Origin: an uncultured SAR86 cluster bacterium
GTDB taxonomy: Bacteria; Pseudomonadota; Gammaproteobacteria; Magnimaribacterales; D2472
Reading direction: 5' to 3'
Length of the DNA: 64,000 nt
NCBI GenBank assembly: GCA_902509965.1
Contig: CABWZP010000002.1
Span: 23,652-87,651 of the forward strand
In this document: positions 9,546 to 18,352 of the stretch, one piece after another
Layout: each line of letters starts with the position of its first letter
How positions within the stretch are numbered: position 1 is the stretch's first letter
Made by a program: the position numbers and the translations under genes
The notes under the pieces: model-generated
What the model was told of the DNA's origin: nothing
Databases searched by the model: none
What the model saw: the letters and a program-made list of their open reading frames with translations, nothing else

Positions 9546-9573
9546 TGGTAATATATTATTATTAATATTACCA
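9546..9573. promoter_or_regulatory. inverted repeat TGGTAATAT-N10-ATATTACCA, candidate operator in divergent promoter region
   Basis: Perfect 9-bp arms read directly from the sequence. It lies 30-57 bp upstream of the carboxylase operon start (9516) and 47-74 bp upstream of the GST start (9620). A TetR regulator is encoded in the operon. Confidence 0.4.
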
Positions 9574-9619
9574 CTTTAAAAGAGTACTATAAGGTCTTCT
9601 ATATACCCAAGGAGTTTTT

Positions 9620-10243
9620 ATGACAATTAAAATTTATAGTTGTGACGGTTCAAGAGGAATGCGTCCTATATGGACAGCAGAAGAAATGGGTTTAGATTAT
9701 GAAGTTGAGATGATGCCATTTCCTCCGCGTTTTCTTCATAAAGAGTTTATGGATATTAATATTTTGGGTACCATACCTTATATGATTGACGGCGATGTGC
9801 GCATGACCGAGTCAGTAGGGATGAGTCAGTACTTTGTGGATACTTATGGACCAACAGATCTCAAGGTAAATGTTGATGAGGCTGACTATGGTAATTATCT
9901 TAACTGGCTATCTCATGCAGACGCTACTTTAACTTTTCCACAAACTGTTGTCTTAAGATATACCCTGCAAGAGATTGGAGTTGCTGACAAAGCTGCTGAA
10001 GGTTACAGGCGTTGGTTTGTTGCAAGATTAAAGTTATTAGAACAAACTTTGGGAGATAGAGAATATCTTTGCTCAAACAGGTTCACCATTGCAGATATAT
10101 GCGTAAGTTATGCATTATTTTTAGCAAAATCTTTAGGTATAGATGAAGCTTATAAACCTAATATTACTCGATGGACCGATATGTTATTTGAAAGAGAAGC
10201 TTTTAAAAAAGCTAAAAGCTTTAAATGGGAGGCGAAAGAATAA
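9620..10243 (+). CDS. glutathione S-transferase family protein
   Basis: 207 aa. Thioredoxin-like N-domain ('GTIPYMIDGDVRMTESVGMSQYF') plus helical C-domain. AGGAG RBS upstream. Confidence 0.8.
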   Translation: MTIKIYSCDGSRGMRPIWTAEEMGLDYEVEMMPFPPRFLHKEFMDINILGTIPYMIDGDVRMTESVGMSQYFVDTYGPTDLKVNVDEADYGNYLNWLSHADATLTFPQTVVLRYTLQEIGVADKAAEGYRRWFVARLKLLEQTLGDREYLCSNRFTIADICVSYALFLAKSLGIDEAYKPNITRWTDMLFEREAFKKAKSFKWEAKE

Positions 10244-10244
10244 A

Positions 10245-11519
10245 TTGAAGAAACATTTTGTAAACAAAGCTATCTTTTTTACTCTTTTATGCTCGATTCA
10301 TTTGGGATTAGAAGCAAAAGAAGAAATTAATAGTACGAATCATATTCAATCTATAGTCTTAGGTTCTGGTTGTTTTTGGGGTGCTGAAAAGGGCTATGAA
10401 GCACTTCCAGGCGTTATTAGCGCAGTCTCGGGTTACGCAGATGGCTACGGTGTCAAACCAAACTATAGAGCTATTACTCAGTTAAAGAACAGGATGAACC
10501 CTAATAACCATGCCGAGGTAGTAAAAGTTATTTTTAATTCCCAGTTAATTAATGTTGAGGATTTATTGCAGCACTATTACGAAAGCCATGATCCAACTCA
10601 GCTTAATAGACAAGGAAATGATATAGGAACTCAATACAGATCTATTATTTTGTACGAAAATGAAGAGCAGAAAAAAATTGCAAACGAAGTTACAAATACT
10701 TTTCAAAAGTTATTAACTGATTCTGGTTATGGCGAGATCAAAACTCTGATCAAAGAGCTTCAAGAATTCTATGATGCAGAAGAATATCATCAAGACTATA
10801 TTGCTAAAAATCCTAATGGCTATTGCCCCGATCATTCAACGGGGATCAAATTTAATCCAAATGACCAAATTGCAAAACTTGATAACAGTAAGCTTAAAGA
10901 TGGTAAGCAGATAGTAATAATAGAACCAGAAGGTTTTTGCCCTTATTGTGAGAGTTTTAAAGAGAATGTTGTAAAAGATTACAAAGGTAGTATTAGTATA
11001 TCTTTCCGTCTAGCAAGCAATTTACAAGATCTTGAAATTAAAACACCAACATGGGCTACTCCAACAATTTTGTTTTTAGAGGACGGTATTGAGGTCTTTG
11101 GTTACCAAGGATACCTCGAGCCTAAAGAATTTTATAAATATTTTGGTGCTTTTAAGTTGGGTAGAAGTGAGGCCTATAACGTGGCTTTTAATGAGGGTAC
11201 AGATGCAAGATTTTGCAAAGAATATGAGATTTTTAAGAATACTCCTGATGGAATATTTATTGATAAATTAAGCGGAGCTGCCTTATTTGATACAAAAGAT
11301 AGATTCAATTCTTCATCTGGATGGCTTTCTTTTACTAGACCAGTCAAAGACTCTACGTATGAGCTTCCAGATAATAGCTATGGAATGAGAAGAACGGAGA
11401 TAAGATCTAAGAGTTCAGATATTCATCTCGGCCATGTTTTTCCTGACGGCCCAAATGGCATGCCACGATATTGCATTAATGCAACAGTATTAGAATTTGT
11501 ATTAAGAGAAAATATTTAA
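10245..11519 (+). CDS. msrAB: exported peptide-methionine sulfoxide reductase fusion MsrA - CPYC thioredoxin/glutaredoxin-fold domain - MsrB
   Basis: MsrA active site 'GSGCFWGAEKGY'. Central 'FCPYCESFKENV' CxxC domain. MsrB 'GWLSF...HLGHVFPDGP...RYCINA'. The tracked ORF starts at 10143 inside the GST gene. I prefer the TTG at 10245, which yields a signal-peptide-like 'KKHFVNKAIFFTLLCSIHLGLEA'. The start codon is uncertain. Confidence 0.85.
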   Translation: MKKHFVNKAIFFTLLCSIHLGLEAKEEINSTNHIQSIVLGSGCFWGAEKGYEALPGVISAVSGYADGYGVKPNYRAITQLKNRMNPNNHAEVVKVIFNSQLINVEDLLQHYYESHDPTQLNRQGNDIGTQYRSIILYENEEQKKIANEVTNTFQKLLTDSGYGEIKTLIKELQEFYDAEEYHQDYIAKNPNGYCPDHSTGIKFNPNDQIAKLDNSKLKDGKQIVIIEPEGFCPYCESFKENVVKDYKGSISISFRLASNLQDLEIKTPTWATPTILFLEDGIEVFGYQGYLEPKEFYKYFGAFKLGRSEAYNVAFNEGTDARFCKEYEIFKNTPDGIFIDKLSGAALFDTKDRFNSSSGWLSFTRPVKDSTYELPDNSYGMRRTEIRSKSSDIHLGHVFPDGPNGMPRYCINATVLEFVLRENI

Positions 11520-11551
11520 CGCTAAAAAATATATCTATATATAATTGTTGC

Positions 11552-12028
11552 ATGAATAAACAAGATAAATTTATTAAAGCACTTAGAAATTTAGCTTATC
11601 CTGTATGCATTATTTCTAATATTGAGAATGGTCATAAAAATGCTATTACAGTATCTTCTATGACTTCTCTTTCTATAGATCCAGCTTCTTTACTGGCATG
11701 TATAAATAAATCAGCCAGTATTCATAAAACCTTAAATGTAGGTAATTTAGTAAATGTAAATCTATTGAGCTCTTCACAACAAGAAATTTCAACAATTTGT
11801 AGTTCGAGCGATTTAGATGTGAGTAGGTTTGATAATGATTTTTGGTCATATAATGACAGTCAAATACCTTTTCTTGAAGATTCTCAGGCAATTATAGGAT
11901 GTAAAATTGAAGAGATAGTAGATTACGCTACTCATTCAATTTTAATTTTATCTATAGAAGATGTTATTTTAAATAACGAACAACCAGACCCTTTACTCTA
12001 TTGTAATGGAGATTATTTAAAGCTTTAA
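11552..12028 (+). CDS. flavin reductase-like FMN-binding split-barrel protein
   Basis: 158 aa. 'ALRNLAYPVCIIS...NAITVSSMTSLSIDPASLLACINKSASIH' matches the flavin reductase domain pattern. Confidence 0.7.
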   Translation: MNKQDKFIKALRNLAYPVCIISNIENGHKNAITVSSMTSLSIDPASLLACINKSASIHKTLNVGNLVNVNLLSSSQQEISTICSSSDLDVSRFDNDFWSYNDSQIPFLEDSQAIIGCKIEEIVDYATHSILILSIEDVILNNEQPDPLLYCNGDYLKL

Positions 12029-12037
12029 AGTTTATCT

Positions 12038-13195
12038 TTAGTCTAGTAATGAAACCACTCTTTCATATGCGACTGCAAATTCCTCTTTAAATTTTTGAAC
12101 TGTTTGTCCGGCAGTAATAGTCTCATCAACCAATCCAATACCTTGACCAACCCAATAGGTTGCAAGTTCTTTTGCACCTTCATGGCCAATTTCAGCTTGT
12201 TTATTTACAACTGCTAAAGCAGGCTCACTAATCATGGTTTGCAACGGCATTGGTAACGGCTCAGGAGCGTCTTTAGACTCCCATGCATCTGTCCAGGCAG
12301 ATTGGAGTTGTCTTGAATGTTTCCCTGTTCTGCTGCGAGATCTTACCGTTTGACTTGAAGAAGCATTCACCATTTTTTCTTTAATTACTTCTGATGTTTC
12401 AGCTTCTTTTGTAGGAAGAAATACTGAAGCGCACCAAACTCCATCAGCACCCATCGCCATAACTCCTGCCATTTGTTCACCGGTAGCTATTCCTCCTGCA
12501 GCAAGAATTGGTATATTGCCATGTTCTTGAATTGCTCTTTTAACTTCTGGTACCAGCACCATCGTAGAAACGCTCCCACAATGACCTCCGCCTTCTGTTC
12601 CAGAAACTACCAATATATCGACTCCAGCTTGAACCTGTTTTATTGCATGCTCTTTAGCACCTAGCAGCGCTGCAACCTTCACATTATTATCTTTACCCAT
12701 ATCAAGCATCCATTTTGGAGGCACTCCCAGAGCGTTAGCTATTAATTGGATAGGGTGCGAAAAGGCTACTTCTAAGAGTTTTTGAGCACCATCTTGCTTC
12801 AAATTTTTTCCAAATCTAGAGTCAGAGGCAAGTTCAATATTCTTAGCTTCACCACCACCTCTTAAAATTTCTCCATCAACATCATATTGCTTTAAGACAT
12901 CAGCTCTAAAATCTCTATACTCTTGCGGAATCATATTTCTCAAATCTTCAGAGGTCATATTTGAGCCTTTACCTTCAAATTTGTTTGGAACCAATAAGTC
13001 TACGCCATAAGGTTTCCCATCAATATGCTCATCAATCCATTTTAGATCTTGTTCAAGCATTTCAGGAGTATGCCCAACTGCACCCAAAACACCCATCCCC
13101 CCAGCTTTTGAAACCGCAACAACAACATCTCTACAATGGCTAAATGCAACCATTGGAAATTCAATATCGAACATTTCACAAATTGGTGATTTCAT
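12038..13195 (-). CDS. nitronate monooxygenase (2-nitropropane dioxygenase, NMO family)
   Basis: 385 aa. TIM-barrel FMN enzyme motifs 'VVSGTEGGGHCG' and 'ILAAGGIATGEQ'. Confidence 0.8.
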   Translation of the reverse strand: MKSPICEMFDIEFPMVAFSHCRDVVVAVSKAGGMGVLGAVGHTPEMLEQDLKWIDEHIDGKPYGVDLLVPNKFEGKGSNMTSEDLRNMIPQEYRDFRADVLKQYDVDGEILRGGGEAKNIELASDSRFGKNLKQDGAQKLLEVAFSHPIQLIANALGVPPKWMLDMGKDNNVKVAALLGAKEHAIKQVQAGVDILVVSGTEGGGHCGSVSTMVLVPEVKRAIQEHGNIPILAAGGIATGEQMAGVMAMGADGVWCASVFLPTKEAETSEVIKEKMVNASSSQTVRSRSRTGKHSRQLQSAWTDAWESKDAPEPLPMPLQTMISEPALAVVNKQAEIGHEGAKELATYWVGQGIGLVDETITAGQTVQKFKEEFAVAYERVVSLLD

Positions 13196-13335
13196 ACTTA
13201 CTACTCCTAAAAACTATTTTTTATTAATTCCCTATATATTTGTAAGATTTATTCTATCTTAGTTTAATTAACTTCTGTACTTTTGACTGAATGTGCACCT
13301 AAACAAATCTTTATAAATTGTATTAAAATTCAAGT

Positions 13336-13833
13336 ATGAACAATAATAGTACAATGTTTTCAGTCCCAGATATCTGTGATACCCATGCGGAGAACATTCA
13401 AATAGGCAGCCTATCTTTCAATTCTTATGGCGCTAAAGATATTATTTCGGGAGAAATTCAAACCATTTCATGTCCAGATGATAATTCTTTAGTCAAAGAA
13501 ATCTTAAATCAACCAGGAAATAATAAAGTTTTAATTATTGATGCCGAAGGTGTAAATCATGCATCTATGATAGGAGACCAGATAGCTAGCAAAGCATTAG
13601 AAAATAATTGGAATGGAATTATAGTAAATGGCTTTGTGAGAGATATTGAAATATTAAAGACTATTCCCATTGGGATATATGCAAAAGGCTCAATACCAAA
13701 AAAAACTCATAAAAAAGGTCTAGGATTTCTTGATGTTGATGTTTTTATAGGCGGAATTTTAATAAAAGCAGGTAACTGGGTATATCTTGACTGTAATGGC
13801 TGGGTGATATCCAAAAAAGAATTAGAACTTTAA
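13336..13833 (+). CDS. rraA: RraA family protein (RNase E regulator / 4-hydroxy-4-methyl-2-oxoglutarate aldolase family)
   Basis: 165 aa. 'DICDTH...', 'VLIIDAEG...ASMIGDQIASKALENNWNGIIVNGFVRD' aligns by eye with E. coli RraA. An alternative start at 13354 is possible. Confidence 0.85.
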   Translation: MNNNSTMFSVPDICDTHAENIQIGSLSFNSYGAKDIISGEIQTISCPDDNSLVKEILNQPGNNKVLIIDAEGVNHASMIGDQIASKALENNWNGIIVNGFVRDIEILKTIPIGIYAKGSIPKKTHKKGLGFLDVDVFIGGILIKAGNWVYLDCNGWVISKKELEL

Positions 13834-14709
13834 CTCTTCAAATTTTTTATCTTTCTCAAGCCACAATTCATCTATCCAGTTTTTAAAATTATTTCTATAA
13901 GTATTGTCATTTAAATAATCCTTATTTTTTAGCTCTTCAGGTATTTCATATTCCTTAATGTGAACTTTGACATCTCGCATCTCTCCCTTTAAAAATGCCC
14001 AAGAGCTTCTCTCTGAAGATTTGTAAATAATCGTACAGTCTATCAATTTATCTATTTGTGGAATTGCAGATAAAGCAGTGGCAATACCACCAACTTTAGG
14101 CTTAAGAAAATTTTTATAGGGCGAAGCTTGTTCAATATGTTTCTTATTTGTGTGTCTTGTGCCTTCTGCATAACTAAAGACTGTAGTTGGCGATCTATGA
14201 AAACGTTTACAAGACTGAATGGTATTTTCATAATCTTTAAGTCTCAGACTTGGATTCTTTTCTATTTCTAGCCTTGAATGTCTATGAACAAAAGGCATAT
14301 TTAGAGCTTTATTAGCAAGAAATACAAAGGGTATCCACCACAATTCTTTTTTCATAAATATTTTAAGAAGAGGCACTCTATAATTTGTAGCAACTAGAAT
14401 TACAAAAATATCTGCCCAAGAGCTATGATTTGAAATAGCTAAATACCAATTATCTACTGATAAATTTTTATCACTAATGATTTGAATTGAGTGTTTTCCA
14501 TGCATCAATTGCAAAATATACTTGAGCCCTAAAACAGTATATTCACCTATCTGATTTGATTTTCTGTAGAGAAAAACCTTAAAGCGTTGGGAGCGAATAA
14601 TGGATCTTGGTATATTTATTAATGCCAAAGTTCCAAAACCAATAATTAACTCTAAAAGAATGAGAGTTAGGGTGATAACACCAATTAGATTTGATTTTAG
14701 ATAATTCAT
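13822..14709 (-). CDS. lysophospholipid/glycerolipid acyltransferase (PlsC/LPLAT family, YihG-like)
   Basis: 295 aa. N-terminal TM segment. HX4D motif 'NHSSWADIF' and 'YAEGTR' block. Confidence 0.7.
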   Translation of the reverse strand: MNYLKSNLIGVITLTLILLELIIGFGTLALINIPRSIIRSQRFKVFLYRKSNQIGEYTVLGLKYILQLMHGKHSIQIISDKNLSVDNWYLAISNHSSWADIFVILVATNYRVPLLKIFMKKELWWIPFVFLANKALNMPFVHRHSRLEIEKNPSLRLKDYENTIQSCKRFHRSPTTVFSYAEGTRHTNKKHIEQASPYKNFLKPKVGGIATALSAIPQIDKLIDCTIIYKSSERSSWAFLKGEMRDVKVHIKEYEIPEELKNKDYLNDNTYRNNFKNWIDELWLEKDKKFEELKF

Positions 14710-14773
14710 ATAAATAACTCTCTTCTAAAAGAGCTAATTATTATAACAATTAGATAATTTGTTAGAAGAGTAT

Positions 14774-15913
14774 TTAAAAATTACTTAAATTTGCATATCT
14801 TTCTTGATGGAAATTAGCACCACCAAAAATAACTTCAGCAACCCTAGCTCTTTTCATGTAAAAACCAATATCATATTCATCGGTTACACCAATTCCTCCA
14901 TGCATTTGCACTGATTCATTTGAAACTAAATATAGAGTTTCACCTGCAATAGATTTAGCAAGGCTTGCCATTCTCTGTAAATCGTTATTATTTTCATCAG
15001 CCCCTTGCATTGCTGCCATTACGGCTGATTTAGTAAGCTCAATTTCACAAAACATTTCTGCAGCTCTATGCTGAAGAGCTTGAAAAGTTCCAATCAAAAC
15101 TCCAAATTGTTTTCTTTCTTTTAAATAGTTTAATGTCATTTCAAAGGCGGCTTCAGAATTACCAAGCATTTCAGCGGATAAAGCTATTCTTCCTTCATCT
15201 AAAATCTTATCTATAGCTTCACCACCAGATTCTTGGTCACCTAATAAAGCATCTTTAGATATTGTGACATTATCTAAGACTACGTTTGCATAGTTTCTGC
15301 AGTCGGCCATATCTGTTTTAATAATTTCTACACCAGTATGGCTAGCATCAACAATGAATAAGGTGAGACCTGCTTTATCACCTTTTATGCCTGAAGTCCT
15401 TGCTAGGATAATAAGAATATCAGCACTCGCACCATCTACTACAAATTTCTTTTTGCCATTTAACACCCACTCATCTCCAACGAGCTCTGCTTGAGCCATG
15501 CTATTAAAGGGCGCATGATGACTTTCCTCATCAATCGCAATAGCTGTAGTAATATTTCCAGCTGCAATTTTTGGTAAATACTCAGCTTTTTGTTCTTGTG
15601 TTCCAAAAGTATTAATTGCAGAAGCTCCCATTACCGCAGTTGCAAATAAAGGAGAGGGAGTTAGTGTTTTTCCTACCTCTTGCATGATAACGCTTATACC
15701 AGCAAGTCCAAAATCAGAACCTCCAAACTCTTGAGGAATTAAAATACCAGCCCATCCAAGATCTACCATTTCTTTCCAAACATCTTTGTCCCAATTTAAG
15801 GGATCATTATTATCTCTGAGAGATCTAAAGTGATTTACTGGAGTTCTGTTTGCCGCAAAATCTTTAGCAGAATCGCTAAGCATTTGCTGTTCTTCATTAA
15901 GTACTAATTTCAT
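14774..15913 (-). CDS. acyl-CoA dehydrogenase family protein, small and apparently non-catalytic partner of second tandem pair
   Basis: 379 aa. ACAD C-terminal domain ('FGVLIGTFQALQH', 'VQMHGGIGVT'). Degenerate signature ('AIAIDEESHHAPFNS'). Gly at both usual catalytic-Glu positions ('ILDEGRIAL', 'IFGGANFHQ'). Confidence 0.8.
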   Translation of the reverse strand: MKLVLNEEQQMLSDSAKDFAANRTPVNHFRSLRDNNDPLNWDKDVWKEMVDLGWAGILIPQEFGGSDFGLAGISVIMQEVGKTLTPSPLFATAVMGASAINTFGTQEQKAEYLPKIAAGNITTAIAIDEESHHAPFNSMAQAELVGDEWVLNGKKKFVVDGASADILIILARTSGIKGDKAGLTLFIVDASHTGVEIIKTDMADCRNYANVVLDNVTISKDALLGDQESGGEAIDKILDEGRIALSAEMLGNSEAAFEMTLNYLKERKQFGVLIGTFQALQHRAAEMFCEIELTKSAVMAAMQGADENNNDLQRMASLAKSIAGETLYLVSNESVQMHGGIGVTDEYDIGFYMKRARVAEVIFGGANFHQERYANLSNF

Positions 15914-15934
15914 AATTATCTTCCTATATAATTT

Positions 15935-17137
15935 TTAACTAGGAAGCCCTAGAACTCTTTTTGATATCACATTTAATTGAACTTCAGAAGTTCCACCTTC
16001 AATTGAGTTGCCTTTTGTTCTAAGCCAAGCTTTAGTAAGATTTTTTTCCTCTTTATCGAACTCATCACCATCCCAACCAACTCCATGAGATCCCATGGCA
16101 GCTACCATCATCTCATGTCTTTTTTTATTGTGCTCAGTTCCATAGTATTTAAACATTGAAGCAACTGCAGAAGCCTTGCCACCTTCATCTCCTGCTCTTT
16201 TTAGGGTTAATCCAAAAGCGTGCTCTTTCATCTTATGACTAGTTACATCAGCTCTAAATATTCCATTAGCAATCTTTCCATCCTCTTCACCAAAATGCTT
16301 CTTTGCAAGTGTTATTACATCATTACCTCCACCACTAGAAGCAGCGCCTGCAAGACCAAAATTAGAGATGAAATTTCTTTCATGTTGCAGTAATGCTTTT
16401 GCAATAGTCCAACCAGCATTTTCTTCACCAACTAAATTTTCTTTGGGAACCTTTACATTATCAAAGAAAGTTTCGCAAAAAGGTGATTTACCACTAATTA
16501 GAGTAATCGGCTTAGTGCTAACACCTTCAGTAGCCATATCTATTAACAAGAAGCTAATACCACTATGTTTTGGCTCTTGAGGCCCTGTTCTAACTAAAGC
16601 AAATATCCAGTCAGCTTGATCAGCATATGAAGTCCAGACTTTTTGACCGTTCACTAAATAGTGATCTCCCATATCTTCAGCTTTGGTAGATAAGCTTGCT
16701 AAATCGGATCCAGATCCTGGTTCTGAATAACCCTGACACCATCTAATCTCGCCTTTAATAATCCTCGGTATATGTAATCTTTTTTGCTCTTCGCTTGCAT
16801 ATTCCAACAGTGCTGGAGCAAGCATCCAAATACCAAAGCTTAATAATGCTTGTTTAGCACCTATAGCCCATAATTCTTCATTTAAAATTTTAGTTTCTTC
16901 TTTTGTTAGACCGCCACCACCATATTCTTTTGCAACTGTGGGCATGGTCCAACCTTTAGCACCCATTCTATCTAGCCATAGTTTGGATTCTGGATTTTTA
17001 TAAACGGCATTCCTTCCACCCCAGACTTCATCAGTTGCGGTACTAGCATCCACATTAGAACCAGTTCTCATTGATGGTGGACAGTTTTCTTCAAGCCACT
17101 CTTTTACTTCTGCTCTAAAAGCTTCTAAATGTTCCAT
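15935..17137 (-). CDS. acyl-CoA dehydrogenase, large subunit of second tandem pair
   Basis: 400 aa. 'CQGYSEPGSGSDLASL' signature. Glu in 'LLQHERNF'. C-terminal 'IEGGTSEVQLNVISK'. Confidence 0.9.
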   Translation of the reverse strand: MEHLEAFRAEVKEWLEENCPPSMRTGSNVDASTATDEVWGGRNAVYKNPESKLWLDRMGAKGWTMPTVAKEYGGGGLTKEETKILNEELWAIGAKQALLSFGIWMLAPALLEYASEEQKRLHIPRIIKGEIRWCQGYSEPGSGSDLASLSTKAEDMGDHYLVNGQKVWTSYADQADWIFALVRTGPQEPKHSGISFLLIDMATEGVSTKPITLISGKSPFCETFFDNVKVPKENLVGEENAGWTIAKALLQHERNFISNFGLAGAASSGGGNDVITLAKKHFGEEDGKIANGIFRADVTSHKMKEHAFGLTLKRAGDEGGKASAVASMFKYYGTEHNKKRHEMMVAAMGSHGVGWDGDEFDKEEKNLTKAWLRTKGNSIEGGTSEVQLNVISKRVLGLPS

Positions 17138-17308
17138 GGTGATTATTTTCCTGATTATTAAATTTCATAACCATTGTAAGGACAAATTTAATTTTTTCTA
17201 GTCTCTGTAATATTTTGGAATTCATACAAATCTTTATTTGCAAGATAAAATTTATGCTAAATTAGTACTAAGTAAATTTGCATATATACATTTAACAGAG
17301 GAGTTTAT

Positions 17309-18352
17309 ATGAAAGCGTACCAAGTAGTTGAACCAGGAAAACCATTAGAACTGAATGAATTTGATGCGCCTAAGCCTCAAGGTGAAGAAATTTTAATTAA
17401 AACAATTGCTTGCGGAGTGTGCCATTCTGACGTTCATATTCACGAAGGCGCCTTTGATCTTGGTGGTGGCAAAAAATTACCCCTACCGTTAGAAATGCCT
17501 TATACATTAGGTCATGAGATTTTCGGAGAGGTTATTGAGCTTGGGTCTGATGTTAAGGATGTAAACATTGGTGATAAGAGAGTTATTTATCCTTGGATTG
17601 GCTGTAATCAATGTGACGTATGCAGCTCTGGTGATGAGCACTTATGTTCTGGTGGCCCTGTTTTAGGTGTTCAAAAAGGCGGAGGTTTTGGCGATCATGT
17701 TTTAGTTCCTCATTCTCGATACTTAATGGATGCTGGCGACACTCCTGATCATTTAGCTGGTAGTTACGCTTGTTCAGGACTTACAGCATATACAGCATTA
17801 AAAAAAGCACAGATAAAAGATTCTAATAATTCATTAGTTATTGTAGGAGCTGGCGGGTTAGGGATGATGGGAATTCAGATTGCTAAAGCAGCTTTTAATG
17901 TTCAACCTATAGTCGTAGATGTTGATAACAAAAAATTAGAAATAGCGCTAAAAAGTGGCGCTTCTCATGCAATTAATTCAAAAGACGAAGATGCAGCTGA
18001 AAGAATTTTTTCACTTACCGGCGGAGCAGCTTCAGTAATTGATTTTGTTGGATCTGATCTATCGACTGGTTTTGCAACCAATCTTTTAAGAAAGGGTGGT
18101 AAATATATTATCGTTGGTTTGTATGGTGGTGAACTCAGTCACCCTTTACCAATGATGGTTTTGATGGAAAGAAATATTCAAGGATCTTATGTTGGAAGTT
18201 TATCAAATATGAAAGAATTAATGATTCTAGTTAAAGATGGTAAAATTGATCCCATACCTGTTGAAAAAAGGCACGCATCAGAAGCAAATCAAACCTTAAT
18301 AGATCTAAAAGAAGGCAAAATAGTTGGAAGAGCTGCTTTAATGCACGATTGA
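17309..18352 (+). CDS. zinc-dependent alcohol dehydrogenase (MDR family)
   Basis: 347 aa. 'CGVCHSDVH', 'GHEIFGEV', structural-Zn 'CNQCDVCSSGDEHLC', Rossmann 'VGAGGLG'. GAGGAG RBS. Confidence 0.9.
   Translation: MKAYQVVEPGKPLELNEFDAPKPQGEEILIKTIACGVCHSDVHIHEGAFDLGGGKKLPLPLEMPYTLGHEIFGEVIELGSDVKDVNIGDKRVIYPWIGCNQCDVCSSGDEHLCSGGPVLGVQKGGGFGDHVLVPHSRYLMDAGDTPDHLAGSYACSGLTAYTALKKAQIKDSNNSLVIVGAGGLGMMGIQIAKAAFNVQPIVVDVDNKKLEIALKSGASHAINSKDEDAAERIFSLTGGAASVIDFVGSDLSTGFATNLLRKGGKYIIVGLYGGELSHPLPMMVLMERNIQGSYVGSLSNMKELMILVKDGKIDPIPVEKRHASEANQTLIDLKEGKIVGRAALMHD

Noticed and set aside
10143-10244. The 5' extensions of tracked ORFs, taken at face value. Examples: 10143 for msrAB overlapping the GST gene by 100 nt; 1599 for the small ACAD; 5341 for atuA; 34501 for leuC; 50230 for the Cys-motif protein; 51693 for DUF1295; 37631 for asd.
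   Set aside because: In each case a downstream start removes an implausible overlap with the preceding gene. It also aligns with the expected N-terminus of the family or exposes a signal peptide. The extensions are artefacts of longest-ORF calling.
13303-17237. A shared 12-mer, ACAAATCTTTAT, in two intergenic regions (13303-13314 upstream of rraA; 17226-17237 upstream of the ADH), considered as a possible common regulatory motif.
   Set aside because: My rough estimate for this base composition is that about one 12-nt match is expected by chance among the ~1.5 kb of intergenic DNA. The distances to the start codons differ (22 vs 72 nt) and the genes are functionally unrelated.
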